From Camelus dromedarius (lineage: Eukaryota), in the NCBI RefSeq assembly GCF_036321535.1, contig NC_087436.1, positions 71,240,001-71,304,000 of the forward strand: 64,000 nt of DNA, given 5' to 3'. The notes under the pieces are model-generated. The model had not been told where the DNA came from and ran no database searches. It was given only the letters and a program-made list of their open reading frames with translations. How positions within the stretch are numbered: position 1 is the first letter of the stretch; every line of letters starts with the position of its first letter. This document shows positions 40,181 to 54,385 of the stretch, piece after piece. The position numbers and the translations under genes were made by a program.

Positions 40181-43069
40181 CTAAAGAAAGCATAAAATGT
40201 GTTAATTTTAAGAGAAATACCTATCATCTCTAGCTCACAAGTTCCCTTTTAAGTGGCAAGAATACAGTTTTTGAAAACTGGTGGTTTTTCTTTCCACTTT
40301 TGGTTGTAAATTTAAAGTGGTTAAGTGACTACTAAATATCAGTTACTCAGATAAAGTAGAAATTCATATATGGTAGGAATAAAAAATTCACATAAGATAG
40401 AATAAGAATGTCATACAGGGTAAGAATAAGAAAATCATACAATCTATATATTCCATTAGACTGTAAAAGAACTACATTTATATGTTCTGCTTGGTATTTT
40501 ATCTCTAAAAAATATTATGGGGCACATAAATTCAAGAAACAACTCTAATTTCCCATAATAACCCATTGTGGAGCTGCTGTCCATGAAGGCAAGGTAGTTT
40601 TTTAAACTCATCTACATCTCTCTGCTATCCCACTACAGTGTAAGAGGAATGAGTTCCATGGTACACTCAGTACACAAGGTTATTTCTGTCTTTAAATAGC
40701 CTCTTAAGTTTCACTGGAAACCTCACATTTCTAATATGTATTTATTTTAAGAACTAATTCACATTTGTCCCGTATTAATCTAATTTCATGATTTTACATA
40801 TTTTTTCCCTCCTCAAGCCTCATCCTTTTGATTGAAAATGTTATTTTATATTCAATTCCTTCCTTCTACCTCTTGAGTGTTTTTTCTGACTCTTTCATCT
40901 TTTGTTTATTTAGAAAACACCAGAACTATACTGTTGAGTACTATAGGTAAAGAGAAATGAAATGATGACTTTGTCTGAAATTCATTCTTCCTTAAGTATC
41001 AAGTCCACATTGCAGTCAAATAGTTATAGCTCATATTCCTAGTGTAAAGGTCATATATTAATACGTGATATTCATTTAAACAGCAGTACACTTTTTGAAA
41101 ATAGAATTGAAGAAATAATGTATTAATGTAGAATTGTAGTTATTTTGAAAATATGTATCACACCCAAGGCATATTTTCTTCTGAGGCCCTTATTCTATAT
41201 TTTCAAATATAAGGTCACTGGCCCTCACAGTACACAGGCAACGGGGGAGGGGGGAGTGATTCCCACCCCTTCTAACCATTGATCTAATGGCTCTACTGTT
41301 CTGTGTCAAGCAGCACAGACGTGGAAGGTAGGTATGTTTTGCCAAACAGCACTTGTTTTTAGCAAATGTGCCTACGACTATAGCTTTTGTGATGCATTTG
41401 AACCTGGCCCCTCATTTTCAATCTGATTTCTCCCACCAGATACACTCTGTCCCTTTCTTCCCCCAGGTAAGCCTCACAGGGAATTCTTAGAAGCTATGGT
41501 GTCTCCATGTGCCATTTCTACACCTACCTAAATGTTGTGCATATGCAAACAGCCCTTGAACTTATGTGATCATGTCTTACAAAGAAACACCACTACAGCT
41601 CCTTCACAATGTTTAGTTTTTACCCTCTTGAACAAACTTCTGGCCTTCATTAAAAAGAACGCTGAGCTAGTGGGCATTCCATAGTAATGCTGATCTTCCA
41701 GACACAACTCCAATAAATTATAATTATTTTGAAAATATGTATCACATCCAAGGCATATAAATCCAGTATTTGGAGTTGTGTTTTCATCTGGTCAAATTTC
41801 CAACATTTTTCTCATGCTTTTCAATTGTCATTTTAATCTCTTTAGCATTAGTGTCATATTCCATATCTCTTTTTACCAGTAATTTTCAACATCACTTATT
41901 TGCCCTGCTCAGGCATGAATGGGTTAATAATGCTCATAAAACATACCCAAGCTAAGTATAAGCACAGCAAACATATAACAAGTTAACTAGCAGTACCATA
42001 TCCAAGGCTTAACTGTCCAGCCTCATTACTAACGCCATCTGTTGGTGGGAGGCAGTGTTAACTGGCTTTATCATGGAAACACAGGTCTGCTGTATATCTA
42101 AGTTTATATATTGAAGTTTATCAGTATTCATCTTTTTTCTAGTCTTTTCTTTGCCCCAAATCTATTCAGGCACCATGTCCTGTAAAGTCTCTTGCATTCT
42201 TCTTTCATCCCTCTCTTTCCACTGCCATTTCCTTAGTTACAGACCTCATCACTGCTCATCTGGATGACAATTTTACCTCCTGTCATGAGACTGCCTATAG
42301 ATCACGATTCTCCCAGATGAGTGCCTAACCCTGGGTGGAAACAGTGGTCACCAAAGCAGCCAGCAACTTCTGGGCAACAGGCAATGGCTACTGGGGACAC
42401 TTGAAAGTCATAGGGAAGGGAGTAAGGATTAGCCCACATGCTATTAAACTTTTCTACGTATCTTCTATTGCAAACATTCAAATCCCAGGCCCCGTGATGT
42501 TACTTTCCCCACCAGGCCACAGGTAAAATTTAACACAGCAAATCCTCCTTCTTAGAAGGCAATGGAAATTTAAGCGAGGTTGAGGGAGTATCAATGGTAA
42601 GACAAAAGCTGGGTCACATAACCTCCAATAACTCCATGGACAGGAAATCTGAGAGCCTACCCTCTTATTCATCAATTTAAGCAAAGTTTAATGAAAAGAG
42701 TACTTTATCTAAAGCCTGTACTAGATATCTCAGTAAAATAAAACATTCTCAAAGACATGGTTCATTTACCCTCCAGTTGAGGGCAATCTAGTCAAATAAA
42801 TGAAATATATGCCTGAAGGTATTCAGTGAGGTATGTTATGGGAAGTCTAGAAAGCAAGCAGTTGGTTGAAAATCAAATCAAGTGAGCATCTTTCCCCACA
42901 AGCTTAACACACATAGCAAACAGTCCACAGGAGCTGCTGATTCTCCATCCAAAATTATCTAAAATCTATTTCAACTGAAATCACTCTAGTCCCTATAGGA
43001 ACTTCACTTTGGCCACTGCTATTGTTCAGTCTCACATTTCCACATAGCACACTATTTTCAAAAAACTAG

Positions 43070-43468
43070 AATGTGGTAATAAATGGACTGAACACATAAC
43101 AGCTCAAAACATCAGGTGCTTCCTTCTTGCTCACATAAAAGTTCAGCATGGTTCTAAGTCAGCTGGGGGAGGGCTCTGCTCCACACAGCCATGCAGGTGT
43201 CCAGGCTGACAGTGGCTCTGCCATCTCCAAACGGGATCCCAAGGACACCCAGTCAGAAGGAACGACAGCACAAGGAAGCCCACGTGGGAGGTTTCTACGA
43301 GCTGGTCCAGGTCATTTCCACCCCCACCACTTACTTGCACAGGGAGGGCACAGTCACAAGGCTGGCTCATAGCCAACTGCAAAGACAGCCAGGAAATGGA
43401 ATCTGGCTGTGTGCCCAGGGAGAAAGACAAATGGATTTTGAGGAACAGATGGCAGTCTCAACCTCAAT
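43070..43468 (-). mobile_element. MLT1 (MLT1J-like) solo LTR
   Basis: ccaactgcaaagacagccaggaaatggaatctggctgtgtgcccagg...ggattttgaggaacag. Confidence 0.7.
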
Positions 43469-43469
43469 A

Positions 43470-46150
43470 AGATGGTGTCACTCCGTCACTTACCACACTT
43501 CAGTTTCTTCCCATTGCACTTAAAGTGACACCCTCCACCATGGCCTTCAAGGCCTGCATCACCTGCCCTGCCTGTCATGCTCAAGCTTCGCCACTCCCCC
43601 TGCACTTACAGCACCCCAGACCGCTGGGCCTTTGCTCAGTTCTGATTTTCTTTTGATAGTCCCAAGCTCTTTACAGCCCCAGGCTTTTGAAATGCCAATG
43701 GCTCTGCTTAGAAGGCTCCTTCTCCACCATGCCACACTTCCCCTAGCTGGCAATTTTTTATTCTCCAGGTCTTAGCATATGTATCGTTTCCTTAGAAATG
43801 ATCCTCTGACTTCCTCATTCCCACATAGATTAGGTGCTCCCATCTGAATTAGGGCCCATCTTAACCAATCATTCTGACTCGGAGCAATGTGTTTTCTCTC
43901 ATGGCCCTTAACACAAGTCCCAGGTTGCTTTACCTAAATGTTACCTTTATTATTCTGTCTCCCCCTGGCACTGTCAGGTCCTGAGAAGGACTAGTGTCTC
44001 TTCACTCCCCTTTGTCTCCTTAAGTGCCAGCACAATCGCTGCATAAAATATGCCTTCAATACATATTTGATGAAAAATGACATGAATAAGTGGTAAGGGG
44101 TGGAAGGAGAAGCATTTTTAGAGGCTGTGATGATCTTCAAAAGGTGGGAGGACTGCCATGCTGGTGGTGTGAGAGGAGGCATTAGACGTGAGACAGCTCA
44201 GGCTTGAGCAAAGGCTGTCCAGTGCAAAAGCCCAAGATACGCTTGAGGACAGTGGGTAACCAATTCATTCAGAGCAGAGTCTGCACAGGGCAGTTCTGGA
44301 AAATAAGGGCATGGAGGACTTGTGTCACCTTGCGTCTGAATTTTAATGAAGAATGGAGACCAGCAGCAACAACTATGGTTGACCAGATGGACTAAAACAA
44401 GGCAGTGTTTAAAAGATTTCTCTGATGATTATGTTCCAAGTGGAAGAAAGTCCAGAAAATAAGCAAGCACGAGGCTAAAATAAAGTTCAGGTAGCAGAGG
44501 ATGTAATGGCAAGAGAAAAAAGAATGAATTCAAGAGTGATTACAGGCAAAAATAAATACTTGGTGCCTTTTAAAACGTAAGCTTCTCTGCTTACATTTAA
44601 AGCTGCCAAGAGCTCCCCTTCCATGCTTTAGAATAACCAAAGTTCTTAGGTAGGTCACTCAGCCTCCCCTGCTCTCAGCACCTCTACCTCTAGGGCCTCG
44701 TCTCTTTACTCGCGCCCTTGCTGGTTCCACTTCAGCCACAGAGGGCTCCTCGATGATGCGCGACACCCCAGACAGTGCCCTTATTAAGGCCTTTGAACCA
44801 GAAAGGCACTTTCCACTTGCACTTTCCTTTCGTGGGATCTTCTTCCTCAGAATTCCACATGCCTTACTCTTTCATATCTTCTGGTCCTTGCCTAACTTCC
44901 CATGACGCACACCCTGACTACGCACCTGCTTCCCCACCCAGCACCTCCAAGCCCTCTCGCTCTGCTCCATCCTTCCCATTGTACACACTGCTTTCTAACA
45001 CACTAGCCAACATAACCATTTATCATGTCCATTGTTCACTGTCAACGTCCCAACAGTCTCCTGGGAATAGGGATGGTCAGGTATTACTTTTAGTCTACTC
45101 TGTTCACTGTGTATCCCAAGTGCCTAAAACAGTGCCTGGCACAAACTAGATGCTCAATAAATATTTGCTGAATGACAAAATGAGAAGAAAAGAAAAAGGA
45201 AGAGAGGAAGGTGCGATCCAAAATCACCCCTAAATTTTGAAGTTGAGTGACTAGGAAACGAATACTTTCATTCACAGAAACAGAAAAGCTAAAATGGAAA
45301 GCTGATTAGAAAGGCAGAGAGAAAATTAGTTTAGTTTTAAGCATGTTCACTTGAGGTGGTGGTGAAAATGCCCAACACGCAGTGGAGAAATGCAGAATTG
45401 TTATTCAGAAAAACTGCCACAGCCAACAATGCGTCTTCTCAGAGGCAATAGCTAAAATTCTTGAAAAAAATAAAATACAGAAAAAAAATTCACAAAGAGA
45501 TTTGAGGAAGAGCCTATAGAGAATCTTGAGAAATACTTCCAGAATCTTAGACTATTACTACATAGGAAATTCCTAAGATCTGAACTGAAGACCATGGCCT
45601 TCAAGGCCCTGCATGGCTTGACACTGTCTCTTTTTCTGGCTTCTCCTAATACTTTATACCTTGCTCTTTCTGCTGGAGCCACATGGTCCCTGGCCCCACT
45701 GGCACTACCCCCACTTACATAAATTAGCCTCCCCTTCCCTCTCTATCCCAGCCTTTTTTACTTCAAGGCATCACCTATGTGATTGTCTGTCACCCTTTTG
45801 GAACATAAACTTTATCAAGCATAGACTTTGTCAAACTCACTGCTGTATCCCAGGGTCCAGACAGTTTTTGGCTCAAACTAGGTGCCTAATATTTGAGGAA
45901 GGGTAGATGATGAAATTAATGTAAGAAATGGACAAGTGAAAACAAAACATCTTAGAAGGAAACTGAAAAGGGATGGCCAGGGAGATGGGAGGAAAACAGA
46001 GTAGAATGTCATGGGCATCTAAATAGGAAAGAGTTTCATCAAAATAAAAGTGACTGCAGTGAAGAAGACACATAGAGTGAAGACTGCGAGAGGTAACCAG
46101 ACACACACAGAGTCTAATTAGAGTAGCAGGGCTGAAGAGGCAGTGGAAAG
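43470..46150. mobile_element. Cluster of L2 fragments in both orientations
   Basis: Several L2 3' ends, e.g. cagtgcctggcacaaactagatgctcaataaatatttgctgaatga (about 45130-45175) and about 44020-44090, with reverse L2 pieces between. Confidence 0.7.
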
Positions 46151-46299
46151 AGCAAGTGGTAAAGCCAAATATATTCCAGACCCTAGACTATTCAGAACCG
46201 TTGTAGGTAGATTCTTCTGCTGCTCTTCCCACCACACTATGTTGCCCTCAGTCGCTACCAAAAATGGAGTGACTATTTTTTAAAGTAATTGCATTTTTT

Positions 46300-46818
46300 T
46301 ACAATCCAAATGCCCATCAACAGGAAATTGGCTTAAGAAGATGGGCTATATGTATGCAATAGCATATTACTCAGCCATAAAAAAGAATGAAATACTGTCA
46401 TTTGCAGCAACATGGATGGACCTGGAGAATATTATGCTTAGTGAAGTAAGTCAGACAGAGAAAGACAAATACTGTATGATATCAACTTATATGAGAAATA
46501 AGACAAATGAATCTATATACAAAACAGAAACAGCCTCACAGACTTAAAAAACAAACTTACGGTTACCAAAGGGGAGAGGAACAGAAGGAGGGACAAATTA
46601 GGAGAATGGGATTAACAGACACAAACTACTATACATAAAATAGATAAGCAACAAGGATTTACTGTATCGTACAATGAAATACATTCAATATCTCGTAATA
46701 ACCAATAATGGAATGCAATTTAAAATACATATATATATATAACTGAATCACTTTGCTGTACAGCTGAAACTAACACAATATTGTAAATCAACTACACTTC
46801 AGTTAAAAGAAAAAAAAA
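46300..46818 (+). mobile_element. 5'-truncated L1 3' end
   Basis: YYSAIKKNEILSFAATWMDLENIMLSEVSQ (L1 3' end), UTR and A tail. Confidence 0.92.
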
Positions 46819-49800
46819 GGCACTCATGCTTTTAGATGAGACTGTCCCATGTAAAAAATCATCAGTACCAACAGTTAAGTAGTGAAGTTTCTTTTATTCA
46901 CTAATATATTCATTTAGGTAGTCATGCATTCAATGAATATTTTTGGATGCTCAAAGATCATGCACTTTTATTTATTATATTAAATAACTCACACTCCTGC
47001 CTTCAAGCCCTATAGTTTTATTTCACAGTATATAATGGAGTGACTGAAAGGAATAAAACCCAATATATATAAAATTAAGAAGTCTCAGACCATGACATTC
47101 TAAGTACTACTATTATTTATAATGCTTCCAGAAATTTACAACTCTTAAATTATAACTTAGAAATATTTAGAAATGTCACACACAAGATTACATATGGTGC
47201 TGAAGGATTCTGTTTAAACAGATGCAATCACTTCTAATCCATCTTTAATGTTCTTTAACTGATGTACGGTATCAAGACAATACTTCATAAATTTCCCTTT
47301 ATGACACAAAGCCCTCCACATTTACCATTCTATGATCCCATGTAAAAATACAGAAACTATTTATGGTATTTCTCAAACTACTTTCCAAGATTTAGCACAG
47401 ATTAATTGTTTAAATATTTACTATGTGTATTTACAGCATTAAGCACATTGTAGTAAATATTTTATTATATTTTAATTAAATCTTCATACAATCCCTTTGA
47501 CATCAGTTTTCAGGGGATATTTATAAAACAATGATCTATGCTAAAAAGCCAGCTGCATAAGTCCCCTCTCATCTGGCAACTCTTCCAGCTACATCACTCA
47601 GCTTAAACACTGCCAAGAACCAGAATTAAGCCAAATAGCTTCTGAGCATGGAAACAGCTATTACAAAGGCCACCCTCCTTATTCACTAGGAGGGGTCCTC
47701 ACAGCTATATTTGACACCCAATTCTAATAAACCAGGTTAGATGGTTTCCTAATCCGCATCAGAATGTAAATGGCCAACAAGGGTAAGGGGTGTGGGGTCC
47801 AGGGAGCTTCAGATGAGATAATGTCTGTAAATGCTCTTTGTAAGACTGTAAAGCACTACAGCAAATGTAAAGCTCCAGTCTCTGCATGTCTGTAATAGCA
47901 AACAGCAGTCACCAAGAAAAGACTAATTCGTGTTCAACTTAGTTTAAAATGAAAATCATATAAAAGACATTTTAAAAAGAATTGCAACAAAAATTACTAA
48001 CCTTTTCTTGAAAATTCTGTGCTAGATATTCTAAAAAATCTTATGCTATGGAAACATTCTATTTTTAATTGTGACACTTAAATGTCATTTTACTGTAGTG
48101 ATTCTCAAATCTATTAAGGAAGGAGAGGAGAGCTAGATAGCTTTTTTTAGAAGGCCAAGAAATATGTGCCAAATAATGCAATACATAATTGAAGCTGAGC
48201 TAACTCAATATCCATTATTTTGTGCAAATTGATTATAATCTTATACTAGGTCATACCATAGAAAAGCAATAATAAGTTTCAAATTTCTAGTTTAAGTTTG
48301 AATTAAGCTAGTTTAATTAAATTTAGTTTAGTTTTGAATACCTAGAAGACACACTGAGAAAATTTTATATTAATGTTGTGTGTATATGTGAGAGAGAATA
48401 AATGTAAAATATAATATTCAAGAAAGACTATAATTGTACTTTAGCAGTACAACAACTCCATCTTAGCTCACTAAGGTTCATAAAAACACATTTTGAGAAT
48501 TGTCATTTTACTGTGTTGCTTCCTTCAGCATTTATTCTGTCAATGTGTCAATAAAATACATTGCCTAGTTCCATTTTATCATTAGAATGGACAGGTATTA
48601 TTATACGAGTATGATTTTCATGTCTTTCCTGAATTTTGGTTAGAATTTCAATGACACCCTCAAAATTTCGAGAGAGGAGGCACAGGAGAAGGCAACGTAG
48701 TTGAGAAGTGTTAGAAAATGGAATGAGGAGAACAGACTCAAAAGCTGTATTTGTCAAACAAAAGCATTATTTCTTTATTTACATAAAGAAGCTTAATTAT
48801 TTGGAATGCATTTGGATAGAGTTTACGAAGAGTGAGAAGTAGCTAAAATATCCCTGAAGCCATGCCATTGGTTTCCATAAAGTCTTCCCTTGTTCTAAAG
48901 CCAGAAGTAATTTTTACTCTTTTTGGACTCCCAGCATTTTATCTATATTTCTATGGCACTTACCATAGTCAATCTTTTATTATAGTTATTTATGTCAACT
49001 GTTCTACTACCTGGAAATTAAGAGATGTTGAGTAAGATGTCAATTGAACTAAAAAATAAATCTGATCAAATTCTGTACTTCTATGTGGGTTTGGCTGGAG
49101 TTTCATTCAACAACGATCCCTTCGGAGTGACTTCTGAATCTCAACAGCATCTAACATAATCCCCCAAATTGATGACACTGAATGTATATTTGCAGAATCT
49201 TCTCTGTGAAGGGAGTGAATAGGCCCTCTAGTCAGGCAGGTGTTAGAGCTAGAGTCACAAGTTTAAAAAAAAAAAAAGCCATTTGACTGAATAAATCTTG
49301 ACTCAATTAATTGCTAAAGCAATTGGGTCTAACCTTAACCAGTGACATTAGACATCGCCATTTCAGTTCCTTTATTAGACAGCATAACCTCCAAGCCTCT
49401 GCTGCCTGATTCTTATCAAAATCTAGGTTACAAGAAATAAAATTCTAGGAAGATTTACTGAAGGCTAAAGGATTTTCTAGACATCTGGTTTAATTGCTTT
49501 ATTTTCTCTAATCTCCGTTACCAGCCCCTGCCTTACCATTAAGCGAGGCCATCATTATTTGGGCCACCAATAAGACTGTTTTCATTCAACTATGTAAAAG
49601 TGCCAGAACATCAGCCTCTGATGAAGATTACACAAAAAGAGCCCTAGGAAGCTCGTTAGTGTAACAACAGTATGTTTGCTGTTGAGGACCTCTCTCAATA
49701 TCATACTCTGTTTGCTATGTTAGCATCAGGGGGGAACAATCTCTCAGATTTATTAATAGGAACAGTTTTGCCTCTCCTGAGAAACAGGTTCATTTTTATT

Positions 49801-51834
49801 TTACAAGCACTTTATATTATATAATTAACCAATATCTGTGAGAAAACTCAGAGTCCAATTTGTATTCTACCTTTAAGATAATCTTGTGCCATGAATCCTT
49901 GGAAACTGAATTTTTCTTGGGTATTAGTTTTCCATTTTCAATATTTTATTGTGTGAATGCATATAAACTGCCCTATATCTTTATCATATTGAAGAAGGTA
50001 GGTACTTGCTGAGTTAAAGCACAAGCCCTATATACTTCAAGGGAAAACAAAGACACTATGGTTTAATTTGCAACAGGAAAGCATATTGCTCTAGAAATGT
50101 GTAAATTATCGGATTTAAGTGTATTAACAATGTTTAGCATTATTCAATACTTCACAAGTATCTGAGTAGCCCTCAAAAAGTTGAGGCTAAATTATTTTTA
50201 TCATTTTTAGCATGAAATGTGACAGCTCATGACTCTAAATCTTGTTTTCCTCTAATTTCTTAATGATTGATGTTGTACAACATAAAATATAAGTATTAAA
50301 TGCATTTATTTTTAATTTGGGTGATGATTTTATGTAGCTGTGAATTCCATCTATATTAATAAATATGCATACCCAAGATATAACCTCATGAATCTTGGCA
50401 GAGGGCTTATGTGAACCAAAACAGCACGTTTTTTGTCATTTATTGCCTCTCGTTGTTTAAAACATAAAACAAAACAAACCAACAATATCAATAAGAACAA
50501 AGAAACTGAATCAAAGTAGCCAATAAGAGAAGAACAAAAGGGCAAAAAAAAAATTTTTTTTAATGAATTAAAAAGGAAAGAAAGAAGAGAAGAAAAGCTA
50601 GTCCAACCGAGCTTTAGGTTCCAAATTCAGCAAAACGAGAGAATGAGCATGAGCAAGATGCAGAGGGACAAAACAGGAACTTCCGAGGAGTCCTTGCACC
50701 TTTCACTATACACTAAGAATGCACATTAGGCCCTCCTCCACCTCCTTGTATATGTGCCTAGTGCAGACGTGCCACAACAGTCATAATAAATTTGTTGCTA
50801 AATATCTGTAAAGGTAAAACATCAAAAAATGTTCAAGCATGGAAAATACAGTTGATCTTTTCTTTTGTGGAAGGAAGCAGAAAATGGAAAAACTAAAATT
50901 ATGCAACACTCTTAAGTACCCTTTTGCAATTTAAAAGTCAGTTTAATGATTGCACACCCTACAAAGAAACCATGTTTACTGTGGCTCACTCATAGCTGCT
51001 GTGCTTGTACAACTACAGAGGGAAAGGATGGGATACAAAAGTGAAGAAGGGAGAAGGATGTGAAGGGGACGGAGTCTGGAGATGAATGTAGGGAGAGGTT
51101 CTCTCTACCCTAATTTTCAGAAAGTCTTAAAAATCTCTAATAAGATGATTTTCATAAACATTTGACATTTGTGGAATATATGGCATATAAATACTTTATT
51201 TATTTAAAGAAAACTTTGGTTCTTTTTCATAAAGAGAATAAATCATACCTAGCATATCAGATTTCGTTTTTTATATTGAGTTTTTTCACAGCAAAGCATT
51301 TTATCTGATAATTTCCCCAAGTCACAATGAGATTTATAAGGATATATAAGAAATTGCTAAGAAAAAACTTGAATTCGATGACTAATAGGATCAAAGACTA
51401 CAAATATTCACTTTATTAATATGATCAGTTCAGGAAACCAATAGAACCCTTCTGATTAAATGTTCAGAACTTCCTTTATGATCTTGCCATTAACATACTT
51501 GCCAGGCTTAAAGATAAGATGAAACCTACTTCATCTTAGCATAAAAGAGGAATCTTGCTTGATTCACACAAGATTTGGGTTTTGATCATAGCTTTGCTAC
51601 TAATTAGCATGACTTTTGAAAGTTAATTTAAGTTCTTTGGCACTCAAGTTTCATAATCTGAAAAACTACAAGAGTTTTACTAGATTAATCACAAAAATGA
51701 CTTCCAATTAAATTATCTTCCAATAGTGGAGCTCCCAGGAAAGACGTGTATTTGAAAAGCTGTGCCCTGCCAATATTCCAAGACCCACTCACTCCCATGA
51801 CAAATAACTCGAAATATGATTATAAGATTAATGT

Positions 51835-52030
51835 AAAGTAGGTCGCAAACTTTAGTGTGCCAAAGAAATTAGGTCCCAACCTCAGAGATTTTTCCATGTT
51901 TCAACTCCAGAGAGTCTGATTCAAAAGGCCTGGGATGGGGATCAGAAATCTGCAATTTTAACAAGCACTTCTTGTTAAATGCTGCAGATAACAGTAGTCT
52001 GCAAATTATAGTTTGAGAAAAACTGCTTAA
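51835..52030. mobile_element. MER5-like DNA transposon
   Basis: ccagagagtctgattcaaaaggcctgggatggggatcagaaatctgcaattttaacaagcac...tttgagaaaaactgc. Confidence 0.7.
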
Positions 52031-52721
52031 AAATAATGTGCCAATCAAAATGAATTCTGGGATATTTACTCCCTTATGCTAAAACAAATTTTAAAAAGAT
52101 GACTATTTAAAGGAAACATGAGTAAATGGAATCTGTGAATTGAACTCTATGTAATAATTAAAATACATAATAGTCATCTACTAAAGATATAATAAAATAT
52201 GTATATAGTTCTCAGGTTTTTAAGAGTTTGCAGAATGAGTCAGGCTGTCAAATTAACAGTTACAAGGAAAATTTTAAATCATATTCTTTCATTTAGCAGG
52301 AAATAGGTATATACTAACAGTCAGCTGTCACAGGAAAGAAAAAGCTTTATAAATTCCAACAATTAAAAAATAGTTTAAGGGGAATGTAAAATTCAAAAGA
52401 ATTTAACTTTTTCACCTTAGAAATTATTCAAAATAGCATTATAACATTATAATACATACCAAAGTACATAGCCATTCCAAACCTTCCTGAGTCAAGGAGA
52501 TTAATGATTAATAATTATTATAGTCAGGATTGTGCATTATACTACATTTGGAGGGTACACATAGAAAGATATATTTGCTGTTCCAAAAAAGAGAAGCTAG
52601 ATTACAATTAATATTATATATAAATTACGGTTATATTTTTATAATATATATATAAATTTATACATAAATAATATAATTTAAATCATTGGATTGGCAAGCG
52701 GCATCAGGGTTGATGGCTCCT

Positions 52722-52882
52722 AGGGCAGTGTTTCTCAAACTTTAAAGCTTAAATGCATCAGCTGGAGATCTTATTAATACAAATGCTGATTCACAGGTCT
52801 GAGATTCTAAATTTCAAATAAGCACCCAGATGATGTGGATGCTTCTGGTCCCTGGATAACACTTTGAGTAACAAAGCCTCAG
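52722..52882. mobile_element. MER5A-like DNA transposon
   Basis: gcagtgtttctcaaactt...ctggtccctggataacactttgagtaaca. Confidence 0.75.
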
Positions 52883-52937
52883 GGCATTTCAACCTCATTG
52901 AGTTAAACAGAGGAAATCCCATGAATTGGATATATGT

Positions 52938-53540
52938 TAATGTGGCACATTTTATTTTCCAAAGATGGCCCAGAACACAGTCTCCCATTCCAAACTGCTT
53001 TTCTCAGCATGACCTTGCCACTCCCCTATCAAGAGGAAGAGTTTAATTGCCCTCCCCTTGAACCCTGGGCAGCTTTTGTGATTCACTTGTAATGAAAGAA
53101 AACGTAGTGGAGGTATCACTGCATGATTTCTGAGCCTAGTTTGGAAGAAGTCTTAAAGCTTCTGCCACAGTCTTAAGGAACACTCTCTTTCCAAATGCTT
53201 CCTCTCAAAACCAGCTGTCACACTGTGAGAGGTCCAAGTCACATGAAGAGGCCACAGGTAGGCACTCTGGTAACAGTCCAAGCCTCTGAATCACTCAGCC
53301 CAATCACCAGACATGTGAATGAAGAAACCTCCATATAGTCCCAACACTCAGCCATTCACTCACTCCCATTCTTTTGAGCAATCCCAGATGAGGACCCAGA
53401 CATTCTGGAGCAAAGACAAATCAACCACTCTTGCCCTTTCTGAAGTCCTGCCACACAAAATCCATGAGCATAATAAAATGGCTGTTGTTTCACACCCAAA
53501 TCTGGGTGGTTTGTTACACAGCAATGGAAAACAAAGAATG
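52938..53540 (+). mobile_element. MLT1 (MLT1G/H-like) solo LTR
   Basis: tgtggcacatt...ccaaagatggcc start; aatccatgagcataataaaatggctgttgttt...gtttgttacacagcaat end. Confidence 0.8.
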
Positions 53541-54234
53541 GAATTAGAGTTAAGGTAGAAAAAGAAGGACATGGAGTGAATAAAAGCAAATACTTGATAC
53601 TTACATATTATTTTTAATTGTTTAGACAAAGTTGTATAGTGAAGAGATGGAAGGTCTGGTGATAGAGACAAAGCTTTCAAAACTGTTACAAGAACTCAAG
53701 GAAAAAGTTTGGGGAAATAGGAGACAAGTCCTGAGATGAGGCAAGAGATTATAACAGAAATTGATGGGGACAATAGCAAAGGAAATTTGAAGGCATCAGC
53801 AACAAATAAATAGTAACCAATTAGATGGAAACCTGAGAATATATAATGGAATTCAAAAATGGAACAGGAACTGTTAAGACTGTAGGATGGCTTCTGGTTC
53901 CATCAATGGAGCCCCTTTTACTAGACCAACTGAATACCCATAAAGCAAAACATAAATCAAACCAGAGAACAAAGGAAAAGCTGTAAGGAGAGAAATGAAA
54001 GTGATACAAATAGAACACTCAGTGGGCATAAATAACAGTGGGAAGAAAGAATGATGGCAGAATGGCCAAAATGATTCATGGATTCCTGTGAAACTTCCTC
54101 CTAACAAAAATGTTTGAGTCCCTACTGTGGCTCATTCACTGGTCTAGGAACTGGGATATAGTGAGGAATATGACAAAGTCCTGCCCTATAAAGTTTAAAA
54201 TACTAGTGAAGACAATAAACAAGTAAATAAATGA

Positions 54235-54385
54235 TGTAGCTGTGTTTTCCTCTTCTTTCTGTGCACACAGCAGAAGACTGCATTTCCCAGCCTTCCCTGC
54301 AAGTAGATGTGTTCAGATACTAGCCAATGGAATACCGGTGGAAGTAATATATGCCACGTCTTAGACTGGGCCATAAGATCCTCTA
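54235..54385 (+). mobile_element. MLT1 fragment
   Basis: agactgcatttcccagccttccctgcaagtagatgtg...tagccaatggaat...ggaagt. Confidence 0.65.
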
